This document shows positions 16,259 to 25,827 of a DNA stretch of 31,017 nucleotides, one piece after another. A program made the position numbers and the translations under genes. How positions within the stretch are numbered: position 1 is the first letter of the stretch; every line of letters starts with the position of its first letter. The notes under the pieces were generated by a model, which was not told the origin of the DNA, made no database searches, and saw nothing but the letters and a program-made list of their open reading frames with translations. This DNA is from an uncultured Nitrosopumilales archaeon (GTDB lineage Archaea; Thermoproteota; Nitrososphaeria; Nitrososphaerales; Gagatemarchaeaceae), in NCBI GenBank assembly GCA_964477505.1, contig CAYZDN010000007.1, positions 1-31,017 of the forward strand, given 5' to 3'.

Positions 16259-16570
16259 CTACTTCGCCCTGAACCCTTCCCCGTATTGAAATCCGCGGCC
16301 CATGTTCTTGGCCCACTTCTTCTCGAACACTTCGTCCATGTTCGCGTCGGGGTCAATGAGCCGAGAGGCGTCCAGGACGTAGAAGATGACGTCGATCAAC
16401 TCCTCGATGGTCTCCTCCTTCGGCTTTCCCTTCTTCCAGTCGTCCCCAGCCTCCCCCAGCTCGATGAAAGCGAAGAGGAGCTTGTTGGCGATTTCATCAG
16501 GGGTATTCCCAAACCCCTTCTCGATGACGAGTTGTTCTATCTTCTTCTTTGCTTCCTCCAGAGAGACCAT
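16259..16570 (-). CDS. MazG-like nucleotide pyrophosphohydrolase
   Basis: ELGEAGD..KKG and EELIDVIFY helical acidic motifs. Probable start is ATG 16570. Confidence 0.85.
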   Translation of the reverse strand: MVSLEEAKKKIEQLVIEKGFGNTPDEIANKLLFAFIELGEAGDDWKKGKPKEETIEELIDVIFYVLDASRLIDPDANMDEVFEKKWAKNMGRGFQYGEGFRAK

Positions 16571-16696
16571 GTCTAAGCCCTCGCAAGGGACGTTCGTAAA
16601 CTTGCCGCAACCCCTCGGCATGGCCGTCCAATCAGCCAGTGTGTGATGTCGGCCGCCTCGTTCATGCGGAATGTGAGAGAGACTTGTGCGAAAGCG

Positions 16697-17404
16697 TCAA
16701 ACTTTCTTCTTCGGCGCCACGACGGTTCTGTAGTATTCGCAGCTCCTGGACAGGGAGCAGGTGGGGCACTTCGGTCCGATGGGCTTGCATGTGGTCTGGC
16801 CGAATCTGACGAAGAGGTCGTTTAGATCGACCCAATAGCGCTTCGGGACCGTGCGGACCAGCTCGGCTTCGGTCTCCTCGGGCTTCTTCGTCTTCACCAG
16901 CCCCAGCCTGTTCGAGATCCGGTGGACATGGGTGTCGACGGGGATGGCTGGCTTGTTGAAGGCGTAGACCAGGACGCAGTTTGCCGTCTTGCGCCCCACC
17001 GCCCGGAGCTTCAACAGGTCTTCCTCGTTGTCGGGGACGCGGCCTTCGAACTCCTCGACGAGCTGCTTCGATGCCGTGATGATGTTCTTGGTCTTCATGT
17101 TGTAGAACCCCGAGGGCCTGATGAGCCGACGGACGGTCCGCGGGTCCGCGCTGGCGAGCTCGGCAGGGGTCTTGTATCGTGAAAACAGGTTTTCAGTCGC
17201 CTTCGTGGTGTTTTCATCTTTCGTCCGGTGGGAGAGGATCGTCCCGATGAGGATGCGGAAGGGGTCCCCGTCCTCTGCCTCCTGAAGCTGCGCGAGGGCG
17301 GTAGCCCTCTTGTCGGTGGACCCGTATACCATCCGGCGCATCTCCCTAAGGGTCTCGGGGATGCCTAGGCGCTTTCGAGGACCCAGGGTTCCTTCTTTGA
17401 CCAT
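16697..17404 (-). CDS. nth: Endonuclease III (start uncertain, possibly ATG 17341)
   Basis: [10 protein letters not shown], Hh[20 protein letters not shown] and the 4Fe-4S motif [17 protein letters not shown]. Confidence 0.95.
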   Translation of the reverse strand: MVKEGTLGPRKRLGIPETLREMRRMVYGSTDKRATALAQLQEAEDGDPFRILIGTILSHRTKDENTTKATENLFSRYKTPAELASADPRTVRRLIRPSGFYNMKTKNIITASKQLVEEFEGRVPDNEEDLLKLRAVGRKTANCVLVYAFNKPAIPVDTHVHRISNRLGLVKTKKPEETEAELVRTVPKRYWVDLNDLFVRFGQTTCKPIGPKCPTCSLSRSCEYYRTVVAPKKKV

Positions 17405-18288
17405 GCCGCTATCTCCTCGCAGGTGCTCTCCAGGTCATACTTCGGCGCGTAGCCAAGGTCCTTCCAGTCCACCTGGTCCCCGACCCTGACCGACGCCCTG
17501 AGCTGTTCCGCGGTGTACTTCGGTAAGCCCGACGAAGCGAAGATTCCCTGCTTCTTCACTTCGACCATCGACCCGGTTGCTTTGGAAATCCCGGTGGCAA
17601 GGGCCTCGGGGGTCGAATCGAACGACTTCAGGAGGAAGCCCTTCCCGCTAGGGACCGCTGCCGTAGCTGCCAGGAACATCGCCTGGGCGATGTCGCAGGG
17701 GTGGGAGAAAGACATCTCCCCACCCGAAGGGATGACGACCTTCCCCGACGAGATCATCTTCAGTAGGGGGACAACCAACGCCTCGTCCCTTGACCCAACC
17801 GCCCTAGCGGCCCTTATGACCGAAACCCTCAGGTCCGGTGTCCGCTTCGAGAACTCGGAGAGGATCCGTTCCGATTCGGCCTTCGACTTTTGGTACTCAT
17901 CGGAGGGCGAGAAGGGCAAGGCGGAGTCGACCTCCTTTCGGTGGAACCCATAGACGTCGAGGGTGCTAAGATGAACGAAGACCTTGACCTTCGACTCTTT
18001 GGCGACCTCCAGGAGGTTGAGGAGCCCTTCTGTGTTCGACCTCATGAAATCGCTGTCGGCTCCGGGCATGGGGGAAGCGAGGTTGTAGACGACGTCTACC
18101 CCCTCCATCGCCTCGTGGAGGGAGTGATGGTCGAGAAGATCGGCTTCTATTCCCTGGACGCCGTTCGTGTCCATTATTTTGAGGTGAGACCCCTTGCGGA
18201 AGGTGCCTTTGGAGATCTCTCCCTGTTGGAAGAGGTATTCAACGACGTGACCGCCGATGAACCCGGTACCCCCTACGAGCAGGTTCAC
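17365..18288 (-). CDS. NAD-dependent epimerase/dehydratase (extended SDR)
   Basis: [22 protein letters not shown]. Confidence 0.9.
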   Translation of the reverse strand: MNLLVGGTGFIGGHVVEYLFQQGEISKGTFRKGSHLKIMDTNGVQGIEADLLDHHSLHEAMEGVDVVYNLASPMPGADSDFMRSNTEGLLNLLEVAKESKVKVFVHLSTLDVYGFHRKEVDSALPFSPSDEYQKSKAESERILSEFSKRTPDLRVSVIRAARAVGSRDEALVVPLLKMISSGKVVIPSGGEMSFSHPCDIAQAMFLAATAAVPSGKGFLLKSFDSTPEALATGISKATGSMVEVKKQGIFASSGLPKYTAEQLRASVRVGDQVDWKDLGYAPKYDLESTCEEIAAWSKKEPWVLESA

Positions 18289-18599
18289 TGGCTCCCCCCT
18301 TCGCCGAGGTGATGATGGTGATGATGCTCGTCCTTGCCAGGCTTGGCTTCGAACTCCCCCCTCACCAGCCTCAGTTGCATGTCTTCCTCGAACTTCGGAA
18401 AGTCCCCCGTGAGCTCCGACAGCGCGGACTTGGCCGCCTTCGTGAACTGGGGGGAGAAGTTCTGGCCCCCGAACCTCCCGTAGGCCACCCCCGAGAACCG
18501 CACCTTCCTTCCTCCGATCTCGACGTATCCGCGGATCAGGTTCGCGACCTCCCCTTCGCTGACATGATCGACGACGATGGAGTAGGTTGGGAGCGCCAA
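18285..18599 (-). CDS. Hypothetical protein with a C-terminal His6 tract
   Basis: Ends [15 protein letters not shown]. The stop overlaps the SDR start (GTGA). Confidence 0.7.
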   Translation of the reverse strand: MALPTYSIVVDHVSEGEVANLIRGYVEIGGRKVRFSGVAYGRFGGQNFSPQFTKAAKSALSELTGDFPKFEEDMQLRLVRGEFEAKPGKDEHHHHHHLGEGGSQ

Positions 18600-18658
18600 A
18601 CCAAGCCGAGACCCTCGCGGGAGCTTCTTAAACTCAGTTTAAGTGATCTATGGGACCG

Positions 18659-19087
18659 CTACAGCTCGAAGTCCGGAGGGCGGTACCGTGCCTGCACCAT
18701 CTCCTTGAGAGAGGTGACAAGGGCGAAGCTCGAACTGACGATGTCGGTCTGGGTGATTATCCCCACGAGCCTCCCCTCCTCCATGACCGGGAGCTTCTTG
18801 ATGCCCGCGTCGGCCATGGTCCTGGCGGCGACCTCGACCTTTTCCCCCGGCGCCACGGTCAAGAGCCTCTTCTTCGCCGCCGAGACCGTAGTTGTGCCCA
18901 GGTCAGACCCCTTTGCCACGGCGCGAGAAATGTCCCCCTCGGTGATTATCCCGACCGTGGATGGACCGTTGGTTACGACGAGAGCCCCTATCTTCCATTT
19001 CGCCATCGACTTCGCAGCGTCGAGGATGGTTGAGTCAACGCCGATCGTCTTCACGTTCCTGCTCATGACGTCCTTGACGTAAATCAA
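18659..19087 (-). CDS. CBS-domain protein
   Basis: VKDVMSRNV, IGALVV, GIITEGDI, KKLPVM..GRLVGIITQTDI. Confidence 0.93.
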   Translation of the reverse strand: MIYVKDVMSRNVKTIGVDSTILDAAKSMAKWKIGALVVTNGPSTVGIITEGDISRAVAKGSDLGTTTVSAAKKRLLTVAPGEKVEVAARTMADAGIKKLPVMEEGRLVGIITQTDIVSSSFALVTSLKEMVQARYRPPDFEL

Positions 19088-19091
19088 CGGG

Positions 19092-19592
19092 TCACCTCGC
19101 GACCAGCACTGGGCATTTCGCGTGGCTCACCAAACCCGAGGACACGCTCCCTAGTATGAGCTGCTTGAACCCTGTCATCCCTCTCGTCCCCACCACGATC
19201 AGGTCAGACTTCTCGGAGGCTGCGAAGCCGACGACGGCCTCGACCACAGAAGGCGCCTCGATGAGCTCCCCCCTCGGCTTCACCCCCAGGTCGTTCGCAG
19301 CTTGCACCCCCCTAGAAAGCACGCTCTCGCCCGATGCTTTGGCCGCGTCTTCAAGAGTCCCGTAGTCAGGGATGGGCATCCCGGAGGCGGCGCTGAATCC
19401 TATGGCAGGGGAAGGGTAGACGTGGACAAGGATGACGCTGGACCCGTGTATCGTAGCGATGGAGGCTGCTAGCTGGACAGCCTTTAGCGAATCCTTCGAC
19501 CCGTCAAATGCGACGATGATCTTCCTGAACCCGGAACCTTTTGACATTCTTTTCGGGCGTTTTTGAGTGCCGGTTGCTTTTAAGGCGGTCAT
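19092..19592 (-). CDS. Universal stress protein (UspA family)
   Basis: IIVAFDGS, DLIVVGTRG, LGSVSSGLVSHAKCPVLV. Confidence 0.95.
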   Translation of the reverse strand: MTALKATGTQKRPKRMSKGSGFRKIIVAFDGSKDSLKAVQLAASIATIHGSSVILVHVYPSPAIGFSAASGMPIPDYGTLEDAAKASGESVLSRGVQAANDLGVKPRGELIEAPSVVEAVVGFAASEKSDLIVVGTRGMTGFKQLILGSVSSGLVSHAKCPVLVAR

Positions 19593-19794
19593 TCTATTCC
19601 CAGCATTGAGAACCGCCGCTGGTGTGTATTTGGGTTCTCCGGGACGTACGCGTTGCAGGGCCCGACAGCGACCATACCTAACTCATTAGTGATTCTTCTC
19701 GGGAGCGTGAAGCGAAGAGAGGCTCCCCAAAAGTGATTATCAGATACGGAAATCGTACCTCCGCCTTATATCAGGTGCGGCTTTGGTCGCCTCC

Positions 19795-20352
19795 ATGGAA
19801 AACGCAACGACGACCACCCACGGCAAATGGGCCGGGCGGTTCATCTGGGCCGCCATCATCCAAGGCCTAGCCTTCACAGTCGCAACCATCCTAGTACTCG
19901 ACCCGCTCCAATACGTCACCGGCAAGGCAGACTACTTCTCGCCCGCCAGGGTCATCGCCAGCGGAGGCGGAGGCACCTGGTTCTTCACGGGCTTCATCTC
20001 CTGGCTTGTAGTCGGCGTCATAGCGACCGCCGTCACAGCGATCTTCTACTACTACATAGAGGACGTCCGGGGCCACGTGTACAAAGGGTACAGGAGCCTG
20101 CTGGCGTGGGGTCACCTGCTGTTCATGAACGTCGGCATCGCCGGCGCCATGATCATAATGACCTACCAGGGATACCTCGCCGGTGTGGCTTTGACCCCCG
20201 CGACTTCAGGCGGTGGTGGGCTCAACGCCGGCCAGGTCCACGAGCAGATACTGGGTTGGACTACCGATCCAATCGGCGGGCTCATCCTTCTCGCGTGCAT
20301 CGGGGCGCTGCTGGGTGGACTGGGGTATCTGATCTCGAGCAGGGCAAAGTAG
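19795..20352 (+). CDS. Hypothetical multi-pass membrane protein with intramembrane or loop histidines
   Basis: Five hydrophobic segments; AWGHLLFMNVG and GQVHEQ. TTATAT at 19765-19770 supports ATG 19795. Confidence 0.75.
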   Translation: MENATTTTHGKWAGRFIWAAIIQGLAFTVATILVLDPLQYVTGKADYFSPARVIASGGGGTWFFTGFISWLVVGVIATAVTAIFYYYIEDVRGHVYKGYRSLLAWGHLLFMNVGIAGAMIIMTYQGYLAGVALTPATSGGGGLNAGQVHEQILGWTTDPIGGLILLACIGALLGGLGYLISSRAK

Positions 20353-20426
20353 CCCTGCCCTTCCCAATTTTACAGCCAGGCGGTTGGAAATAAACTCAAA
20401 TAAGCTGAGGTTCGGTTCTGCACTGC

Positions 20427-20786
20427 TTGGAGATCTCCGAGCCGTCCCGTGTCCAGGCGTTAGTGGCGGGACTGGCCGACGAGTACTCCAGGAAGATCAT
20501 TCTTTCCGCAATCCCGAAGGCGAAGTCGGTGGAAGACATGAGCCGGGAGAACGATATCCCCCTCAGCACCTGCTATCGGCGGGTCCACGAGCTCCTCGAC
20601 AGTCAGATCCTCGTCGTGGAGAAGATCATCGTGACCCCCGAGGGGAAGAAGTACGAGCTCCTCAGGAGCGCCTACAGGGCGGTCAACGTCACCTTCGACG
20701 GAGGGGTGATGAAGGTGGACGCCACCATAAACGAAGACGTCGCCGAGAAGCTCAGGCGCCTGTGGCTGAGCATGAAGGAGGCATAG
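20427..20786 (+). CDS. ArsR-like winged-HTH regulator
   Basis: LADEYSRKIIL...SVEDMS....IPLSTCYRRVHEL; TTG start. Confidence 0.88.
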   Translation: MEISEPSRVQALVAGLADEYSRKIILSAIPKAKSVEDMSRENDIPLSTCYRRVHELLDSQILVVEKIIVTPEGKKYELLRSAYRAVNVTFDGGVMKVDATINEDVAEKLRRLWLSMKEA

Positions 20787-20848
20787 CGATTGCCTTCGAC
20801 GGCAAGCTCCAACTCCTTAAAGGACAAGGGAGGTGATACTCGGTAGAA

Positions 20849-21121
20849 ATGGACGTGATCTATCTCGACATAGGGCAGGCGCTAATACTGGTGTTCGGGG
20901 GCGTGGTGGTGTACTATGCCTACAAGGCGTTCGGGAAGACGAAGAGCCAGGCCATGCTCCTGCTCGGGGTCGGGTTCGCCTTTGTGACGCTGGGGGCCCT
21001 GGTGGCAGGGGTGTTGTATAACGCTGGGACGGAACTCGACACGGTGATAACGTTGCAGGCGTACATGCAGGCCGTGGGGTTCTTCATCATCGTGTATTCA
21101 CTGGCGCGGGCGAAAGGCTAG
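20849..21121 (+). CDS. Small three-TM hypothetical membrane protein
   Basis: 90 aa, three hydrophobic helices, YYAYKAF and IIVYSL. Confidence 0.75.
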   Translation: MDVIYLDIGQALILVFGGVVVYYAYKAFGKTKSQAMLLLGVGFAFVTLGALVAGVLYNAGTELDTVITLQAYMQAVGFFIIVYSLARAKG

Positions 21122-21130
21122 CCTCGTCCT

Positions 21131-23815
21131 TCAGCGCCTCTTCGCCCCCAGGGGGAGCGGCGCTTCGACCTGTGCGACCTTCACCCGGAAGTCGACCGCG
21201 GTCGCCTTGTCCCCGTGCATGATCACGGGGTTAAGGTCGAGCTCCACGACCTCCGGGAGGTCTTCCACCATGGCAGAGATGCGGAGGATCACCTGTTCGA
21301 GCGCGGGGACGTTGTAAGACGGCCCGCCCCTGTAGCCTGTGAGCAGGGGGAAGGTCTTGAGCGAGCGCACCATCTCGTCGGCGTCCCGCTCAGTAAGAGG
21401 AGCCAGGCGCACAGCTGCGTCCTTCAGGAGCTCCACCATGGTCCCACCCGCTCCGCACGCCACCAGGGGTCCGAAGACGGGATCCCCCGTTACCCCGACT
21501 ATCATCTCCGCCCCGGCGGGGACCATCTCCTGGACCAGGAAACCTTGAGGCTTGAAGCCCTGCCCCTGTAGCCTGGCCGCCATGGACACGGCTTCCCGCC
21601 TCACCGAGTCTTTGCCAGACAAACCGACCTTGACCGCGCCGCTTTCTGTCTTGTGCAGCAACCCCTCCGCGACACCCTTCAGGACCACGGTCCCCCCGAG
21701 CCCCTCCGCGGCACTGGCCGCCTCTTCCGGGGTCATGGCCTTCGTCGTCTTGACTATCGGGATCCCATAGGCGTCAAGGAGCGCCCTCGCGTCTTCGGGG
21801 GACAGCCAACCAGCCCCTTTCGCAAGGGCCTTGGCAACGATCCCCGCCCCTTCGTTCCTTCTGAGGCCGGCGAACCTTGGGATCCGGCTCGGCGGGGTCC
21901 TGAGCCAGGCGCCGTACTCGGCGGCCCTCGCGAGCGCCCTTGCGGCGACCTCCGGGAAGGGATAGGATGGGACCCTGACTTCGCCTTCGGAGAGTATCTC
22001 TGAAAGGCCATGGTGGGCCATGAAGGTGGCCAGGATCGTGACCTTGCCGCGCAGGTCCCGGGCCGCGCTCAGTATCTCCCTTGCCACGTCCTCGGGCTTT
22101 ATCGCTATCGGGGGGACGAAGAGCACCAGTATCGAGTCGATGTCCGCGTCTTTCGCGACGGCTCTCATGACCCTCCCGAAGTCTGGGGCGGTTGCGGACG
22201 CGATCATGTCCACCGGGTTCTTCACCCCGGCGTCCTTGTTGAGGTGAGCCTTCAGCTCGTCCTGGACGGCGGCGGAGAACTCGGGGACCACCAGCCCCCT
22301 GTCCTCGCAGGCGTCGGCGGCCAGGATCCCGGCGCCCCCCGCGTTGGTGATCACCGCCACCCGCTTCCCCTTCGGTATCGGCTGGGTGGTGAGCAGGGCT
22401 GCGACGTCGAACATCTCCCCAAGCGTGTCCATCCTGATGACTCCGGCCTGATGGAAGAGGGCGTCCACGGTGACGTCCGAAGAAGCGATCAGCGCCCCGG
22501 TGTGGGACTGGGTCGCCCTGAAGCCGGCCGACGATCTGCCGCTCTTGACGGCCAGTATCGGTTTCCTCCTCGTCACCCGCTTGGCGATCCGTGCGAACTT
22601 TCGGGGGTTTCCGAACGATTCAAGGTAAAGGAGGACCAGGTCCGTCATGTCGTCCGCCTCCCAATAGGTGAGGAGGTCATTGCCGGAGATGTCGGCCTTG
22701 TTTCCGACCGAGACGAAAGAAGACATGCCGAGCCCCAGCTTGTTCGCGTGCTCGATGACCGCTATCCCGAGGGCCCCTGACTGCGAGAGGAAACCCATCC
22801 TCCCGGGCTTGGGGACGAAGGGAGAGAACTGCCCGTTCAGGCCGACCCGCTCCTCCGTGTTGACGACCCCCATGCAGTTGGGGCCGATGAGTCTCATCCC
22901 GGTGTCGCGGCATACCTCCAGAAGCTGCTTCTGCAGGTCCTTCCCCTCGCCCCCGACTTCGGCGAAGCCGGCGGAGATCACCACCAGCGCCTTCACCCCC
23001 TTCTGGGCGCACTCCTTGGCGACCGGGATCACGAAGCGGGCAGGGACGACAATTATGGCAAGGTCGACCTTCCCCGGGCAGTCGAGGATTGACTTGTACG
23101 CGGGGACGGACTGGATGACCTCGGAGCTTGGGTTGACGGGGTAGACCGGCCCGTTGAACGCCCCGTCGAGGACGTTGTGGAAGAGCCTCCCGCCGATCGC
23201 GTTGCGGTCCTTGGACGCCCCTATCACGGCCACGCTCCTGGGTTCGAGGAAGTTCCTCACTGCGGCGATCACGGAGGACGATTCCCGCCTTTCGAACGCC
23301 TCCACGGTGGCGAGCTCCACGGAGGTAGGGAACTCCACTTTCAGGACCCCTGGCTCGATCCTGGTGGAAGTAGGAAAGCCCAGCTCGTTGAGGAGCTCGA
23401 TCATGGCCGTGTTCTCCGGGATCACAGAAGCCTCGAAGAGGTCTATCCCTTCTCGGGCGGCGGACTGGGCTAGCTGCCCCAGCAGGACCGTCCCGAGCCC
23501 CTTCCCCTGCAGTGCGTCTCCAATCACGACCCCGACTTCGGCTCTGGTCTCGTCGCCCGTCCCGTGGAAAGCAAGCCCGACGATCGAACCCTCACGGAGG
23601 GCCGCCAACACGTGCACGTGCCCTCCAGGGGCGAGCCTTCTGACGAGCTCGTTTCGATCCCCGAACGCCTCGTACATCAGGGCGACCGTCTTATCGGTAA
23701 GCGACCCGGCGAACCTTTGCAGCAACCCGAGGTCGTCCGCACCCAGGGCTCTCACCCGGACGATTGACCCGTCTGACAGCACCACGTCGGTGGACGATTC
23801 TTCCAACCTGTTCAT
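21131..23815 (-). CDS. GNAT + NDP-forming acyl-CoA synthetase fusion (type II Pat-like protein acetyltransferase architecture)
   Basis: N-terminal GNAT (RAEVG, LQGKGLG). CoA-binding domain (SVAVIGAS, VYPVNP, GPNCMG). Ligase domains (SQSGALG, SHTG, TNAGGAG, NPVD). ATP-grasp (LLHKTESGAV, VQEM, ELDLNP). Confidence 0.92.
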   Translation of the reverse strand: MNRLEESSTDVVLSDGSIVRVRALGADDLGLLQRFAGSLTDKTVALMYEAFGDRNELVRRLAPGGHVHVLAALREGSIVGLAFHGTGDETRAEVGVVIGDALQGKGLGTVLLGQLAQSAAREGIDLFEASVIPENTAMIELLNELGFPTSTRIEPGVLKVEFPTSVELATVEAFERRESSSVIAAVRNFLEPRSVAVIGASKDRNAIGGRLFHNVLDGAFNGPVYPVNPSSEVIQSVPAYKSILDCPGKVDLAIIVVPARFVIPVAKECAQKGVKALVVISAGFAEVGGEGKDLQKQLLEVCRDTGMRLIGPNCMGVVNTEERVGLNGQFSPFVPKPGRMGFLSQSGALGIAVIEHANKLGLGMSSFVSVGNKADISGNDLLTYWEADDMTDLVLLYLESFGNPRKFARIAKRVTRRKPILAVKSGRSSAGFRATQSHTGALIASSDVTVDALFHQAGVIRMDTLGEMFDVAALLTTQPIPKGKRVAVITNAGGAGILAADACEDRGLVVPEFSAAVQDELKAHLNKDAGVKNPVDMIASATAPDFGRVMRAVAKDADIDSILVLFVPPIAIKPEDVAREILSAARDLRGKVTILATFMAHHGLSEILSEGEVRVPSYPFPEVAARALARAAEYGAWLRTPPSRIPRFAGLRRNEGAGIVAKALAKGAGWLSPEDARALLDAYGIPIVKTTKAMTPEEAASAAEGLGGTVVLKGVAEGLLHKTESGAVKVGLSGKDSVRREAVSMAARLQGQGFKPQGFLVQEMVPAGAEMIVGVTGDPVFGPLVACGAGGTMVELLKDAAVRLAPLTERDADEMVRSLKTFPLLTGYRGGPSYNVPALEQVILRISAMVEDLPEVVELDLNPVIMHGDKATAVDFRVKVAQVEAPLPLGAKRR

Positions 23816-23979
23816 GCTCTAACCTGTGCCGGCCGGGGACCATTCCCTCAATAAACTCTCACACGATTCTCAGTTCCCATAACGACGGACGGAATCGGCC
23901 CCTCGACGGTTGTCTCATGTGAAGGCCTTCGGGCGCCTCGAAGTCCTTAAGAAGACAATTGGGAGGCGCGCTCAGAGAC

Positions 23980-24966
23980 ATGGTGCCAAGGAGGGGGATG
24001 ACATCCGCGGGAGTCGTGGTCCTCCTGATGATTCTCGCCCTAGCCGCCGTCTCCACCGTGTACATCACCTCAAGTCAATCTTCCAACGACCAACTGAACT
24101 CGCAGAACCAGCAGATCTCAGCCCTGCAGGCTGAGCTCCAGAATCTGACGAAGGAGTTCTCACTGGGGACGGGGACGGCGGGCGCCAACCTGACCCTTCC
24201 GGTGATGAATCAGGCGCCCACTATCAGGACCATTCGGGAGACCTGGTATCTGTCGCCTTCGGCCCACCAAGACAGGTTCGACCCTTCGTTCGTCATAGTC
24301 AACCAGGGGGACACCGTGAGACTCACCCTGATCGACAACGACACGGTTGCCCACGACTTCGTGGTGGGACCGCCCTACAACATCATCGTGAACGCGACCG
24401 TCCCTGGTTTGATCAACGACCTGACCGGCCAGATGTTCACCACCCCATCGCGTGGGAACTCCGCTGGGTGCTGCGGGCTCGGGGAGCCGGTCATCACGGG
24501 GAGCAAAGGCAACGTGTCCGCGACGTTCTCCTTCGTCGCAGAGTGGTCAGGGATCTATGAGTTCGTGTGCACTTACCACGCGCAGGTGGGGATGGTCGGT
24601 TACCTCGTGGTCCTCCCCAACGCAGCCTACAAGCAGTCAGGCACGAGCAGCACGGCCACAAGCGCGGCCAGAGGCTCCGTGGCCGTGAGCATCGCCCAGG
24701 GGGCCGGAGTCCCGCCGAACAACGGTTTCACACCTCGGAACATCACCGTGGTGATAGGGGTGAACAACACGGTCATCTGGACCAACAACGATGTTTCGAT
24801 ACACACCGTGACTTCGACCGTTGTGCCGTCCGGCGCCTCCCCCTTCGGCTCCGGATACCTGAACACGGGGGGCTCGTTCTCCTACACCTTCGCCGTCCCA
24901 GGAGTGTACGAATACCATTGCCAGATTCATCCCTGGATGACCGGAAGCGTTACCGTGAAGGCCTAG
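23980..24966 (+). CDS. Membrane-anchored protein with two cupredoxin (type-1 copper) domains
   Basis: N-terminal TM helix and coiled coil. Domain 1 has HDF...CTYHAQVGM; domain 2 has HTV...CQIHPWM. Probable start is ATG 23980. Confidence 0.9.
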   Translation: MVPRRGMTSAGVVVLLMILALAAVSTVYITSSQSSNDQLNSQNQQISALQAELQNLTKEFSLGTGTAGANLTLPVMNQAPTIRTIRETWYLSPSAHQDRFDPSFVIVNQGDTVRLTLIDNDTVAHDFVVGPPYNIIVNATVPGLINDLTGQMFTTPSRGNSAGCCGLGEPVITGSKGNVSATFSFVAEWSGIYEFVCTYHAQVGMVGYLVVLPNAAYKQSGTSSTATSAARGSVAVSIAQGAGVPPNNGFTPRNITVVIGVNNTVIWTNNDVSIHTVTSTVVPSGASPFGSGYLNTGGSFSYTFAVPGVYEYHCQIHPWMTGSVTVKA

Positions 24967-25286
24967 CGCATCGCTTCGGTCTGGATAAGCTCCGAGAGCT
25001 TCTGGAAATAGAGGCGGGTGGCCAGCGGCATCCCATCGAGGTTCCTCTCGATCGCCTCTGTGACGTACTTTATCGCCCGCCGAGAGGTCTTGAACTCGAA
25101 CTTCATCGGGAGGATGGGGTCCTGGGCGACGTCGATCGAATCCTGGAGGTGGCGCGGAGCCTCGGCCCTGGCGTCGCTCGCTATCTTCTGATACCAACCA
25201 AGCAGGACGTTGGGCTCGAACCCCTGCTTCAGCTCCTCGATCTCGCGGAGGAGCCTGTTCAGGACAAGCATCTCTTCGTTCGCCAA
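24963..25286 (-). CDS. Hypothetical protein
   Basis: 107-aa ORF with plausible protein composition that fills the space between flanking genes; 4-nt convergent overlap with the cupredoxin gene. Confidence 0.65.
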   Translation of the reverse strand: MANEEMLVLNRLLREIEELKQGFEPNVLLGWYQKIASDARAEAPRHLQDSIDVAQDPILPMKFEFKTSRRAIKYVTEAIERNLDGMPLATRLYFQKLSELIQTEAMR

Positions 25287-25356
25287 AACGCTTCGGACGT
25301 GTAATCCGTTCTCCCTCAGTTTAAGGAAAAGGGTCTAGGAATGTTGGTGCCGGTGT

Positions 25357-25770
25357 CTAGCTGCAACGCATATCGAAGATCTCGGTCTTCTCGTACTCTG
25401 CTTCCCACATGTGCGTGCTGTTCCTCCCGCGACGCACCGCCAGAAGCGTGTAACCTTCGGGTGCACCGTCGTACGCCTTCTGGAGGATTGACTCGGCCGG
25501 CTCCGAGTCTTCGTCGAAGCTTTGGACGATATGCTGCCTGAACTTCTCTATCTCTTTCATGTAGTCCTTCAGGCAGAGTGCCTTTCCCTGGAGCCTGGAA
25601 GATGTGATGAGCTTGACCTCCGCCCCGCACGCCTCGCAGGTGACCTTCTTCATCCCATCGTCGAGGCAGACCCTTCCGACCCCTACCACCATGGGGAAGG
25701 TCCCAGGCTGGGGTTCGGCGGCTCCGCACAGGACGCACTTGGCCGACCCCTTGGTCGAAGCGTGCTGCAT
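25357..25770 (-). CDS. Hypothetical protein with two putative Zn-binding knuckle pairs
   Basis: CVLC...VCLDD and CEAC...LCLKD. Confidence 0.65.
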   Translation of the reverse strand: MQHASTKGSAKCVLCGAAEPQPGTFPMVVGVGRVCLDDGMKKVTCEACGAEVKLITSSRLQGKALCLKDYMKEIEKFRQHIVQSFDEDSEPAESILQKAYDGAPEGYTLLAVRRGRNSTHMWEAEYEKTEIFDMRCS

Positions 25771-25827
25771 CGGCCTTGCAACTGCTCGCCAATCGATTTA
25801 AGGTTGCCCCCACGGACGAAAGGGTCA

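Noticed and set aside
25522-25827. 102-aa N-terminal extension of the enolase-family ORF
   Set aside because: It overlaps the opposite-strand Zn-finger gene; family similarity begins at GTG 25828.
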